A stretch of DNA of 63,393 nucleotides, counting the filler, from Cercozoa sp. M6MM (taxonomy: Eukaryota > Protista > Endomyxa: Ascetosporea): the NCBI GenBank assembly GCA_040357565.1. It is 10 parts of 10 records of this genome, joined end to end, with 100 filler letters (N's around TTAATTAATTAA, not from the genome) between each part and the next. Parts side by side here need not be neighbours in the genome. Positions count along the whole stretch, not along the records: positions 23,180 to 31,119 come from JBDODJ010000584.1; positions 31,220 to 38,767 come from JBDODJ010000618.1; 8 more parts are not named here. One strand, written 5' to 3'. The notes under the pieces are model-generated. The model was not told the DNA's origin and searched no databases. It worked only from the letters and a program-made list of their open reading frames with translations. The translations under genes and the position numbers were made by a program. Of this stretch, positions 24,738-36,950 are shown piece by piece (position 1 is the stretch's first letter; each line of letters begins with the position of its first letter).

Positions 24738-25710
24738 CTAACGGGTTTTGCGGCGACGCTTGCGCGGCAAAAGCGGCGTGTCCCGGTGTTGCTGCACCTG
24801 ACGTGCACGGCGAGGACGACGATGACAATGTGACTTCAAATCTGAAGCTGCAGCGAGCGTCTGAGTGTCAGAAGCAGCAGGCGCAGCAGGTTCGTGCAAT
24901 GGTGAGTCGAGCGCGTCTGGCGGCACCTGTTGCACTGCAGCTTGTTCCTGTGCCGGAGTGGAGTTTGCAGCGACAGGTGTCGCGAGTCGTTTGCTTGCCG
25001 TGTGTGACGAAGAAGCACTGGCACTGCTGTTGCTGGAGAAACTCGAGAGAGCAAGCAAGGCGTCTTCCTGACGAACTGGAAGAAACAAGACAGTTTCATT
25101 TCAACAAAAGCAAACACTGACAAAAAAGAGGGCCGAGTACCAGGCGACGGAGTGCGAGAAGCACTGTACGGATGGCATGCTGAAGCAAAGGCGATGCGCG
25201 CCAGACCGGGGTGCAGCTTGGCGGCGTCCGTGTGCCGAGCAGCATGCCGCAGCGCCTGCATGCGCGCCAGCAGTACCACGAGACGATCTGGCGGCTCGGG
25301 CTGCCCGTGCTCCTTCAACAAGCGGTTTACACGCTCCTCTGCCGTCTGTAGTGTCTCCACGATCGTTTTCGGCGGTAAAAATGGCACCAGACGCATCATC
25401 TCGCGCTTGCCGCACGCCGAGTGCTCGTACATGGTGGCTCGTTGCACCAGCGGTAGCTTGCACTGCACAGGCAACGCTTCTCACTGCAAACAACAACAAC
25501 AACATTCAATGAGCAAAGCGTTACCAGTTGCACATGCAGCAGCAGCAGCAGTCGGTTCACTTGCTCGATCGGCGCGCTGTTTTGAAGTGCCAAAATCGCA
25601 TTCGCGGTGCGATGATGGTCTTGCAGACGAGCGATCTCGCGCATTGGCCGCTCCTCGATCGCTCGCGCTGTTTCCATGATTTCAGGCACTGGGGCGCTTT
25701 CTTGTGCCAT
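24738..25710 (-). CDS. Uncharacterised protein with low-complexity basic C-terminus
   Basis: Exons splice in frame to ...PRKRRRKTR*. An upstream exon is possible. Confidence 0.45.
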
Positions 25711-26278
25711 GCTGTAGCCCACAACAACACATCAGAACACAGCACAAATCATCAAACGAACGCCAGACAAGGAAAACACACAAAACTGATCACAAGAGCT
25801 TGCACGTGATCATGTTTACCTTAAACTGTACGAGCACTAACAACGATGTTTACGCGTAGACAGTGTGATCTTAGCGAGAGCGGGTCGTATGAACTCCTTG
25901 TTGCCTTCTTTCGCCCAGCGATCATTTCCTCATTTTAAGCTGTTTTCAGCCCTAACTAGGAATATCTCTCATGCTGATGCTCTTAGCGTCACATACAACC
26001 ATCGATGCACACGCAAAAAGCAGTCTGGGTAGCGTCGAAAGGTCATTGGCTCCGGTTCCTGCTCGGGATAAGAAAATGCAGGTAGGTCAGAGAAACGCAG
26101 GAAACAATCAAAAAATGCAACAATGCAAACGCATCTTGCAACCAATAATCTACTTCTCATGGCAAAGATAGCAATACCCAATTCAAAGATCAAATACCAG
26201 CTCTATCAGCACACACACCAAACCACGCTCTTATGCATTGCGAAAGCAGTGTCGGATTTTCGGATCAGTGGGCTCTCG

Positions 26279-29200
26279 ATGAGCCGCGGACGCGCGACAG
26301 CTTGCCAAGCAACGGTGTGCTGTGTGCACGTGTGGAATTACAGTATTTGTGTGTGCCGACTTCCGGGCGCGGAACGCATGTTTTAGATTCGATCGGAGCT
26401 GCGCCAACTACAATCTGAAAATCCAAGTGCCGCATGTTCGCACAAACACGACGCACGGTGGTGGTCCGTCTGGATCCGTGGCGGCGTGCTTTCAGTGTAT
26501 TTAGATACGACACACTCGGTAAGGAACAATGGCAAGGATCTGATTATAACAGCTCTGCGAATTGTGAATATGTTTGATCGCAGAGGATCCTCTCTTCGCA
26601 AAGAAACTCAAGGCCTGCGTCAGTATGGTAATTTCCGCCTCCCAGGCTTTGTTTGTTACAACAGTGCTCACTGTGAACAGGAAAAAGCTCTCGGCGACGA
26701 AGATTGGCTCTACATTTCCTTGCGTTCGGAGGACATCGAGCATGCTGGTGGGTGTTCACCTTATACGTGTGCCAACCAGCATTTGCTGTGAATCGACCTG
26801 ACCTCTTGTAGAAGCAGAAGGCTTGCTCGAGAGACTTCAGTCATCGCCGCCAACCGTTTCCACTCAAGTGTACGTTTGCTTTTAGGTTTTCTCCTTTTTA
26901 CTGAAGATCATGCAGGCTCGATGGCATCAAACGCGATCTCGCCAGCGGCAGTGTCGCGTGTTTGCATTCTTTGCACAAACACATCGACCCGCGCTCGTTT
27001 TACTGGCCGGCACGATACCGTCCGTGTGTGCTGGACACCTTGCAGTTTGTAGCTCCAGATAACTCACTTTGGTAAGTCGTTTTCCCCTCGAGATCTTTGA
27101 GGATAACAGTGTTTTTTGCCTTCCAGTTTGCGACTGCTCGCGATTTTCACCTCATTGGATACCCACCAAATTTTGACGGCGTCTGACCTAATCAAAGCGA
27201 CCAACGGCGACGCTGAACTCTTGGATTGGTATGATTCACAATCTCTGCATACGACTGTAAGTGTCTTTCTATTCGGCTTTTACAGGATCCTGCTGCTGGC
27301 TGGTCCATCCCTGCGAAATCACTGCGGTCTCTCTCAGACTGCTTTCGTTGGGGCGAGTATGCACTCGCTGCACGCCAAAATGAGAGCAGAGTACTTTTAA
27401 TCACCTTTGTTCGGCACTATTTTGTCTCCCACTCAAGGTATGCTCCAACAGAAGCGGCAGCAGTTCGGAGCGCTTTAAAACACTCAAGCGCTTGATCGAG
27501 AAATACGTCGACGCGAGAGAACGCGGAGTGTCCGAACTGTATCAGCATACCGATATTGCAAACAGCTTTGTCTAGACGTGTTTTTGCCAGACATGCCAAA
27601 AACTTACTGGACGTGGCTACCGTACACGCACGGAAACTCAAGGTCGCTTGTTTCGCTCGATATCAGTCGTTTTTCTCATCTATCGTTCTGTTTCAACAGC
27701 GTACGAACGTGGACGCTTCTGTCTTTCGGCAGTGGGCCGAGTTGCCGCATCTGCCTCTCGAATTCCTCCACTTGGTAAGTTGGGATCTGCATCTTTAGTC
27801 TTTGCTTTCCGTCTGTCTCACAAGTCATTTGACTTTAGCTGCACAAACCGCAGTCTCTGACTGACCAGAATCTATTCGCTCTGATCCTGGGCGACGACGA
27901 CCTTGTTCAAAAAACCGCCCCGAAAAAGAAACAACGCGCGAGAGCTATCGCCGAGGCCGCCAGGATTTGTCTGCTGAAGTCAGCGCTGCCGTGTGTTCCT
28001 TGTGTCATTTTGCGCGCTGGCCAGTCTGGTTGTTTTCGTATTTGTTTCTTGCAGCGCACGTTTAGAGAAACTGTGTCAACTCCTGGTGGAAAGCTCAACC
28101 TCGGATTTGCCGGAAAACATCGAGATTGTGCGCCAAAAGAGCCATAAGACTTATCAACGGTACTTAAACCTTCTGTGTGGTTAATTCTATTTTGAGTTCT
28201 GGTTTAGGTTGATCGCTTTTGTCAAAGAACGGCAAAGTGAACCGAAATTCGCGGCGCTGTGGCGTGTGCTCGAGCAGCAAGCGAATCCCCATTCAAAGCG
28301 CGTTCTTTTTTTTTTTTGCTTGAGCGGCACGTTTTCCTTTGATTTGTTGATTTGTTGAGTAGAGATGACACTACGACGTTGAAGCGAAGTGAGGAACACG
28401 AAGTCAAAATCGCCGAATTTTTGTGAGTTTGTGTTTCTATTCAACGAGCTGTTCGTGTCCCAACTCTTTGGTTTACTTAGCCATGCAACGCTGCCGTCTC
28501 TGTTTTCCGCCGGTCCGGTTGACATGAGGCTCAAAGTGTTCGACCTTCCTGAGCCGCTTGACATACGCTTTGTCTGTCGGTACGGTTTGTCGAATGTGTG
28601 TGTGTGTGTCTGTGTCTGTGTCTGTGTCTGTGTCTGTCTGTGTGTGTGTGCGTGGGTTTATGTTTGTGTTCACGTGTACCTTTCTGCAGTTCACTACTGA
28701 AGACGACCGGTGTGAATCACGAAGCCCGGACCAATTTCGAGTCTATCATCAGCGGAACGCTGTACCCGTTCTTTAGTATTGCGAGAGGTGTCACCATTGA
28801 AAATGACGTAATTGTAGCAAGGCGAAGTTCTCGCACACGATTGCGTTCGCGCTGGCGCTGCAGGACCACCTGCGCGAGCACGAAAACAGTCAACACCGCG
28901 TCGCCGACTTGAACTGGATCGTTTCGCTGATATCGTCGTCCCTTGAGCGGGTAAACGCACCTTCTCTCCTTTTCACACCTTTCATTTCTTTAACTCGGTC
29001 GATGCTGTTTGTGTAGTTTGAGGACTTCCCTGTCCGCGAGGCGACGCGGCTCGCGAACGAACTTGCCATTGCGGACGCGCTGACGAACAAGACATCCGAC
29101 GTATTGCACCTTTTGTGTCCCTCTTTCTTCTTCTGATGGGTGCGATGCGGCTTTTGCAGGAACTGCTGGATCTCATCAACGGCATCATGGAGATTCGAGA

Positions 29201-29318
29201 TGTATAGCCTGCTCCTCTTCTTCAACTCTCGTGTGGATCGTTTCGACTGGTTTGTGTTGTGTCTTGTTTGCAGCACCAAGTTGGACTCACAACCTTCGAA
29301 GCTGCCATCGCGGAGTAG
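26279..29318 (+). CDS. Uncharacterised multi-exon helical protein
   Basis: Regular series of short GT-AG introns separating open exons (e.g. LRLLAIFTSLDTHQIL, ARLEKLCQLLVES). Ends HQVGLTTFEAAIAE*. Confidence 0.5.
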
Positions 29319-29392
29319 CCAGTCAGTCTACGCTTCTACTCGCGATGAATAGCTATAAATTAGCGTGCGCAGACGAGACACGTCATATGCTA

Positions 29393-29591
29393 CCCCATGG
29401 GGACCATTTCTAGAAATGTAATTTTGTCTAGAAACGGCAAACTGAAATCGGTACGAAAATTTCTCGAAATATCACCATCTCTAGAAATCGTCAGGTCTAG
29501 AAATAGCGGTTTCGTTTATTTCTAGAAATGGGTTTGGGCTAGAGATGTCAGTAATAAGCTTCGGCATTTCTAGAAATGGTTCCCATGGGGG
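29393..29591. mobile_element. MITE-like ~200-bp element with ~26-bp terminal inverted repeats
   Basis: ccccatggggaccatttctagaaatg ... catttctagaaatggttcccatgggg (one mismatch), with six TCTAGAAA copies. No clear TSD. Confidence 0.65.
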
Positions 29592-29656
29592 CACCGGTTC
29601 TGTTGCGTTAGTCCTGTTCGGATTTTCAGTTACGTACCGTACCAGCTTCGCTTCGC

Positions 29657-30321
29657 TTAAAAGTCTAGCTCTGCCGAACTGCCCTGCGCACCAGTCGTCG
29701 TGTTAGTGAGCGAGGAGCGCGACCACAGACGTTGCTTGTCGCGAATGACGACTGGTCTCTGCGGTCGCACCTGTGTGTGCACGTGCGTGATCTGGAGAGA
29801 GACAGGTAAAACCAAACTGGACTGTTTTACTGGACCCACATCACACAGCATACACAGATTACCTGCTGACTGTGTCGCTGGTGCGCGTGGGGCTCTTGAG
29901 CAGCTGCAAGTTCGGCGCGTGTCACAGTTCGCAAGCCTGAGAGTCGTCACGAGATGAACACTTCAACTCACAAAACACAGTGAGTGCTGCAAAACGTACC
30001 ATCAAAACCAATCGTGATATTGCCATACGGCGTCATACTGAGATAACGTTGCTCGTGTTCGCGAATCTCGCCATCGATCTCTCTGTAGTCGCTCTCCATC
30101 GCCTTTTTTCTCTCTGCAGCAGCAAACAAACCAATCTACCAAAAATTCAACGTCCGCGCGGACTCTAAAACCACGAAACCTTCCAGCATCCGGAGTTCTC
30201 TGGCGATGCTCGCTGGGTCAGTCGGGATGTCAAGTGGAACTGCCGCGAATGCAGAGCTCGCATTCTGCTGGCTTTGGGCAGGACTGACGCTTGGCGCCCC
30301 TTGGGGTTGTTGACCGCTCAT
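29657..30321 (-). CDS. EAF6: NuA4/NuA3 subunit Eaf6/MEAF6
   Basis: ELRMLE|ERKKAMESDYREIDGEIREHEQRYLSMTPYGNITIGFD and DKQRLWSRSSLT (cf. YGNIIRGWD, RLFSKSSVT). Confidence 0.85.
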
Positions 30322-31631
30322 TTTCACGCGACCGCGCCTGAGACTTTCACCAGCGGCTCTTGAAACAAAATCAAACTCGGTTAAGTGCACTGCGTTTCTC
30401 AAGAACTCTAGCTGCTAAAGCTTGTCCAGAATCGGATTCGTTAAAGGGGGGCTTAGAAAACACACTTCAAGCTACAGAAAATCGGGGTGATCTTTCACTA
30501 TAACGGTACTAGAACAGGTGTTGGTACAGTGTCCGATCGAGGAAACGGGGAAGACTACGAGTATTGACAACCGAGAACAACAACCACCTTGATTGTGTGA
30601 TCGGCAGGTCGAGTCTTGGCCGACGTGCTGCAGCAACAGAAGCACTCACGAGGTTACCGTGTATTCTGTGTGTGTGTGTGACTGACGAGCGCAGACAATC
30701 AGTGCTGCAGGTCTGGTGCCATTCAAAATCCTGTATTTTTTGGTCTTCATGAAACATTGTGCGCCGCAGTTCCGGTTTTGTCACTGCTGGAGAGGCACTT
30801 CACCAAGTTCACAGTACTTATACTGTTGTGTAGAACGAGACGGGACAGTGTAACATATCTAAAACGAGCAGTCAAACGCACACAGGACGAAGAATCCGAA
30901 ATGAACGGTGACAAGGTCGGCATCCGCGCGGAAGAGCACGTCCGCGCGGAAGAGCGGCTCGCCGATCTCGATGGCGGCGTCAGTATGATCGATTCGGGTC
31001 TCTCGTCGGCCGATCAGCGGATGCTGGAGTCGCAGGTAGTCTTAGCCCCCCCCCCCCCCCATGGGCCCCCCTACGGCACGAAGAGCGGAAGAGCGGCGGA
31101 CCGGAGAGGGGGGGGGGGGNNNNNNNNNNNNNNNNNNNNNNNNNNNNNNNNNNNNNNNNNNNNTTAATTAATTAANNNNNNNNNNNNNNNNNNNNNNNNN
31201 NNNNNNNNNNNNNNNNNNNGCGAGTCCTTGCGCATCTTGCCGCGTGCCAGCGTGTTGGGCCGCCGCCGCTTCTTCTTCGGCCGAGAGACGTCGTCGTCGA
31301 AGAAGTCGTCGTCGTACACGTCGTACTCTTCGTCGACACGATACGCGCCCGACATTTTTCCTCACGGATCAGCTCACTGACGACTCCTGACCTGTGCTTA
31401 CCTTCCTGCCAGCACGCTCGAGTGCTCCACACACCAAAACACTGCCCAACCAAAAGAGCCAATCGAAAAAGCCTGTACTGATGAGCCGATCTTTTTTGTC
31501 GGTTTCAGTCCATTTGTACGACGCCAATCGCCTCGCAGGGCGGCAAGCTGTTTCACTGCCGACAGCGTGCCAAGTTCCCGTCTCGTGACGTGTGTAGCGC
31601 CAGCACTAGTCGGAAGCACCCCCTACGAAAA

Positions 31632-32431
31632 ATGGACGCGATTCGCTCGCTGCTGAACAAGCTGATGGGCCCTGAGCGCGACCTCACCATGGCTGAGTTG
31701 GCCAAGGTGCGCTTTTTTGTTGCTGTTCTTGGTTTCTGGTGCTTTGTTGCCGTGTTGGGCGTCGATTTAGCGAAAGTGATCGATGGTAATTTTGTGCTGG
31801 TTGGGTTGGCCAGGTGGAGCGACTGCCGTGGCACAGCGACCGTGTCTGCAAGAACTTCTTGTGCGGCATGTGTCCCTACGAGGCACTGCTGCAGACCAAG
31901 AAGGACATGGGCGAGTGTGGCAAGCTGCACGACGAGAACCTCAAGCGCGAGTTCGACAAGTACAGTTGGCCCAGGTGTGTCTGTGTTGTGTGTGTGAACT
32001 GTGTGTTGTGTCTACAGGGAGAACGAGTCGGTCCGCATGTACTATATGAAGGAGTGGATGCGCATGCTGCGACGTTACCATGGCGACATGGAGGTTTGTC
32101 CGTATGCTGATATACAAATATTTATTTAGGTATCTATGTGTATAGGTATATAATATACAGATATATATATATATATATATATATATGAGATATGCAGATG
32201 TAGATAGGCCATGTATGCATGGTATAGATGGAGATCCGCCGCAAGAATCACGAGCGCGAGGTGTCAAAGGACCCGCGCGAGATGCTGCCGCCGGCTGACC
32301 GGGGTGCGACTGACCCTTGACCTCTCTGACCTTGACCTCCCTGACTTGACTTGACTGGTGTATATGTGCAGACACGGTGGCGCAACTCGAGAGACGACTC
32401 GACGAGCAGCAGCGTCGCATCCACGACCTCG

Positions 32432-32471
<40 letters not shown>

Positions 32472-32912
32472 TATACATATACAGATATACATATATACGT
32501 ATATATATTATATACATATACAGATATATATATATATATACATATACAGATATATATATATATATATATATACTGTATATATTTTCTAGTATGTGTGTAT
32601 CTAAATATGTACATTATATAGTATATGTATATAAATATGTACATGATATAGATATGTATATGAATATGTACATTATAAAGTATGTGTATATATGTATGTG
32701 TATATATAGATATATATATATATATTGATATATTGATATATTGATATATTGATATAAATGCACAGGTGATGAAGGAGGACATCGACGCGGCCTACGCACT
32801 GCTGCCCGAGTGCCGCAGTGTCGAGGACGAACGCAACGCCATCCTGGACACTGCCATTGCGTAGGCTTCTCTCTATCTATCTATCTATCTATCTATCTAT
32901 ACTATCTCTATG

Positions 32913-32946
<34 letters not shown>

Positions 32947-33722
32947 ATTATAATATATATATATATATATTCTTATTTACCTTTATCTAAAGTGCGCTAA
33001 ACTCGAGTGGCATGGCCGATCGTTTCGTCTGTGAGGTGCGATCTAACACCATGTATGTCGGTGCCTATATAGAATGAGTCTGTTGTTGCAGGTGTGCGGT
33101 GTCTTCATGTCCAAGAACGACGCGCCGTCGCGCCTCGAGTCGCATCAGACCGGTCGACAGCACATGGCCTTTGTCAACTTCCACGCCAACGTACTTTTCT
33201 CATTATATATATATATATGTATATGTTTAGATATATTTATTAGATGTATATCTATATTATATCTTATATATATTATTAGATGTATATCTATATTATATCT
33301 CTCTCTAATATGTCTATATTATATATATGTTCTATTCCATCTGTTTGTATTGTAGATATTTATATGATATAGATTACAGATTTATATTATATACATATAT
33401 ATATATACATATATATGGCAGCTCAAGAAGGTCGAAAAGATTCTCGCCGATTTCGACTCGCGCGTGAGACATGGCGAGGTATCCTATCCCTCCTCCCTTT
33501 TATTTAGACCCCTTTACCCCCCCTCCTCAGGCCGAGCCGGCCATTCCGAAGCGACGTCAGCAGCGCGAGCGCAGTCGTGATCGGTACAAATCTCCCTTAC
33601 CCCCCCCCCCCCTGTGACTTGGTCTTTGCAGTGGCCGCGATCGCGATCGTTACCGCGACAGTCGGCGCGACGATCGGTACCACCGAAGCGACCGTGACCG
33701 TCGCCGCAGTCGGAGGTACTGA
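31632..33722 (+). CDS. LUC7: U1 snRNP-associated LUC7
   Basis: [17 protein letters not shown]; ZnF1 [26 protein letters not shown]; ZnF2 VCEVCGVFM..ND...RL.SH.TG.QH; RD/RS-rich tail. Confidence 0.93.
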
Positions 33723-34616
33723 GTTCGCGTCGGGCGGCCTGTCTTCCTGTCAACAGGGGTTCCGTGACGTCTTTTGTGCCGCGCTAAGCGATTCCGCTGC
33801 ATAGCACTTTGTTAGTTAGTGTTGATCGAGGAAACTAACTAGAACACATCCTTGGTTGCGTAAAAATCACACAGCGTATTTTGCTTTATTTGGCAATTTT
33901 GAGCCGCTTTCGTGCTCAGCAAAATTTCACAGTAGACAACATTACACCAGGCATTATAGTGGTGCTCTACCACTAGCAATTGTACAATTCGGGTATTTTT
34001 CTTTTCATTGCCGGAGGGCGGGTCAGTATGTTGGAATCGGCTCAGAATATTGTTACAGACTGACTGACTCAGATTATCAGTCTCCGCGGGGATAAACCCA
34101 GACAGACCAGTTGGTCTCCCATCATTGAAGCAAAAGAGAAAGAAGAGTTAAGAGTTTGTGGCTCTACGGTACTACTGCCCATAGAGCTGTGACTGGACCT
34201 GTCTGAAAGCCTGTCCTGTAGATTGAGCCTGCCAGTTGGCAAAGAGAAAACCTCATCTACTTGGCATCAGCTGGTCAGTTGCTCTGCAGTTTGGACTGAT
34301 ATCCACCTCTACAAGTAAGCATTGGCTGCTGTAGAGAGAAGGGGTTTTCTTGTTAAATCTTCTCACGATTTTCCCCGTGACGGAAGATTCCGTCTACAAC
34401 TCCGTCTAGTTTGACGTAAGAACCCAGTTGGGGTAATTCTTCACTTCGCTTCTACTAACTGAATCATTGATTCCCTCTCTTCGTCTAATTGACGACTTAC
34501 TTCTTTTATTTAGTTCTTTTCACTGACAACCGTCAGTAACAATATAGCAGTTGCGAACGGTTCAAGTGTGCAGTAACAACAGCATAAACTGCCGCAAACA
34601 AATCAGGTCGGTCGGT

Positions 34617-35304
34617 TTACTTGAAGCTCTTCATGACGAGCGACAAGTCCTTCTCCTGTTCGTCCTTGGACGGCTTGCTCATGTAGTTGTGCAGCAGCAG
34701 CGGGTAGATCGTGTCCTCTGCAATAGTAGAATATAATACTACTTGTATATATATATATATATATCGATAGATCTAAGAAAAACGTATAACGAGAGACAGA
34801 CTGGCGGTACCGACAAAGTACGAAACGATGTAGTACGACGGCACGAGCAGCGCCCAGCGGAAGGCGTGGATCACTTGCACCGCACGGTTCGAAGAGCGCA
34901 CCTGCCAATATACAAGTTAGCTTTTACAAGTTAGCGACACATGTTGTGTATGTTTACGTATGTCAAAACTTACGACGTCGGCAGGCATGGAGCTCGTGAA
35001 CGCCTGCTCGATAAAGGCTGGCGACCACGGCTTGGGCGACCTGTTTGTTTCAAAAAAAAACTTGAAGGTTGTAGCACAAACAGCAAGCATATGTACGTCA
35101 GGTAGACGCCACGGGCATTGTGCGACACATGACGGCGCTGGGCGGCAACTGCAGGCAACAAAATACAAATACGGGGAAACCCATCCAAAGCAAAACCGCT
35201 TGCTTCTTGCGGCAGACCAAAACACAAGCCAGGTCACAGTGCACTTGTAAATCAGCGCGGAAGGCACTGCCATCCAAGACAGCACCCTGGCCCTGGAAAA
35301 ACAT
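34617..35304 (-). CDS. Small multi-exon protein with one hydrophobic segment
   Basis: 3' exons give AFRWALLVPSYYIVSYF and EDTIYPLLLHNYMSKPSKDEQEKDLSLVMKSFK*. 5' exons are uncertain. Confidence 0.4.
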
Positions 35305-35607
35305 GACAGCGAAGCGTACCACGCGCCAGCTTGGCGAATCGAGGCACCATTTTGTGTTAGCACGTCTGGGAAATGCCACAGGCTGACTGTCGTGTGCAGC
35401 GCTAAAACGACTTCGGCTACCACGTGTCCGTCTGTCCCACGGGCTGAGCCGATTGTACATTCCGAAGAGGATCTTGTTTTAGCGTCTTTAATGGGCGTGG
35501 TGTGTTTCTCTTGCTAGAGAGGTTACTAAAAGTCACTTTTCACGTTGTATCGCGTCGAGGCAGGAATTCGCGGGGAAGAATTTCTCCGGCGAGAAACGGG
35601 CGAAACG

Positions 35608-36260
35608 ATGAATTTGTTCTACATTTTCCGATGCCCAAAGAAGTCAGCGCAGTTTCTTTGCGACAAGCATGTAATGCAGCCCTTGGGCACAAATGCAATG
35701 ATTGCATACTAGGTGTAACTGTAGGTGGTGAAAATGATTGTCGAAACAGCGCAGCTGCTGTCGACGGCGCATCATGCACACGCCACCGCCAGCACAGACA
35801 AGGTAGCGCTTTTTGTTGAGGGGGGGGGGGGGGTATAGGTGCACTCATGCTTCTTTGAGGTGCACGAGAGCAGTCTGTGCAGGAGTTTCTGAAGAAGATC
35901 TACCGCAAGACGCATCTGAACCACCCTTCGGCTGTGTGGGTGCGCCAGTCGGCCAAGCATGTACCATACTCACTGTTTGCTTTGGATCTTTGTGTATTTT
36001 CAAAGTGTTATCTGTGTATTCTCTGCGTGTTATTATCTGTGTCGTCTCTGTGTGGTAGTACCGCTGGGCGTACCGACACTTCTGTGCCCTGATGGACGAG
36101 TACACGGCGCGGTACCAGAAGCGGCACGCGTCGGAGCGACTGCGTGACGTGCTGAGTGAGGTACCCGCTGCGATCTCGTCGGTCAAGACGTGGACTCCGC
36201 CTCCCAAGGCCATGCCAGACCACATCAAGGACATTCCGCGACTCAACACTGTCGCGTACG

Positions 36261-36312
<52 letters not shown>

Positions 36313-36735
36313 GTATATGTTATATCTGCTTGTATCAACATATAGTGTATATGGACAGCGCCTACCGCAAGTACTATCAAGAAAAGGCCAAGAACGACTG
36401 GTTTAAGTACGCGCGCGGACGTGAGCCGCCGGCCTTCTTGGTATCCGTGTTGTATTGATATATACTATATGTATTCTTGGTATATTTTATAGGAACTGAG
36501 CGAAGCGAAGCGAAAGCAAGTGACGCAACTCTCCAGCGATGCCAACAAGAGAAAGAAGAAGAAGACGAACGAGGAACAGTCGTCGGACAGCACCGAGACT
36601 GACACGACAACAACCACAGCGACTAGTACTGACACGACTGAAACGTCGACAACGACTCGCACAACGAGATTGCGACGCTCCAAGCGACTGCAAGCTGACA
36701 CCGAGGCCACCAGCACAGCCCGGCACCCTGAGTAG
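35608..36735 (+). CDS. Pyrimidine-dimer DNA glycosylase / T4 endonuclease V-like protein (phage/bacterial type) with basic C-terminal tail
   Basis: Removing five GT-AG introns gives MNLFY...AQFLCDKHVVKMIVETAQLLSTAH...YRKTHLNHPSAVWVRQS..HY.W...F.AL.DEY.ARYQKRH...P.AMPD...AYRKYY..K...R.PP, followed by KRKKKK. Confidence 0.8.
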
Positions 36736-36950
36736 TAAGTTCGTTTACAACCATTCTTGTTACAGCATAAACTCTAAAATTTACAAAAAAAAAACTCCGG
36801 CGGTTTGTCCTCGTCCTTGGAGGAAGAATGGCCGAGCGCTAGTTCCAGGTAGTAAGTTCCAGAAGCACATGGGCTTGCGTGAAGTCAGCAAAATCGAAAT
36901 AAGGGATTACTACTGGAGTTACAGCAGTTCCTTGACCTCGAGAACCGGTT

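Noticed and set aside
32130-33420. Long YI/CV/HT-repeat ORFs in the ORF track
   Set aside because: These are translations of intronic (TA)n, (TG)n and (CA)n microsatellites, not proteins.
36818-36880. ggaagaatggccgagcg resembling a tRNA-Ser/Leu 5' arm
   Set aside because: No T-loop (GTTCRA) and no acceptor-stem complement follow.
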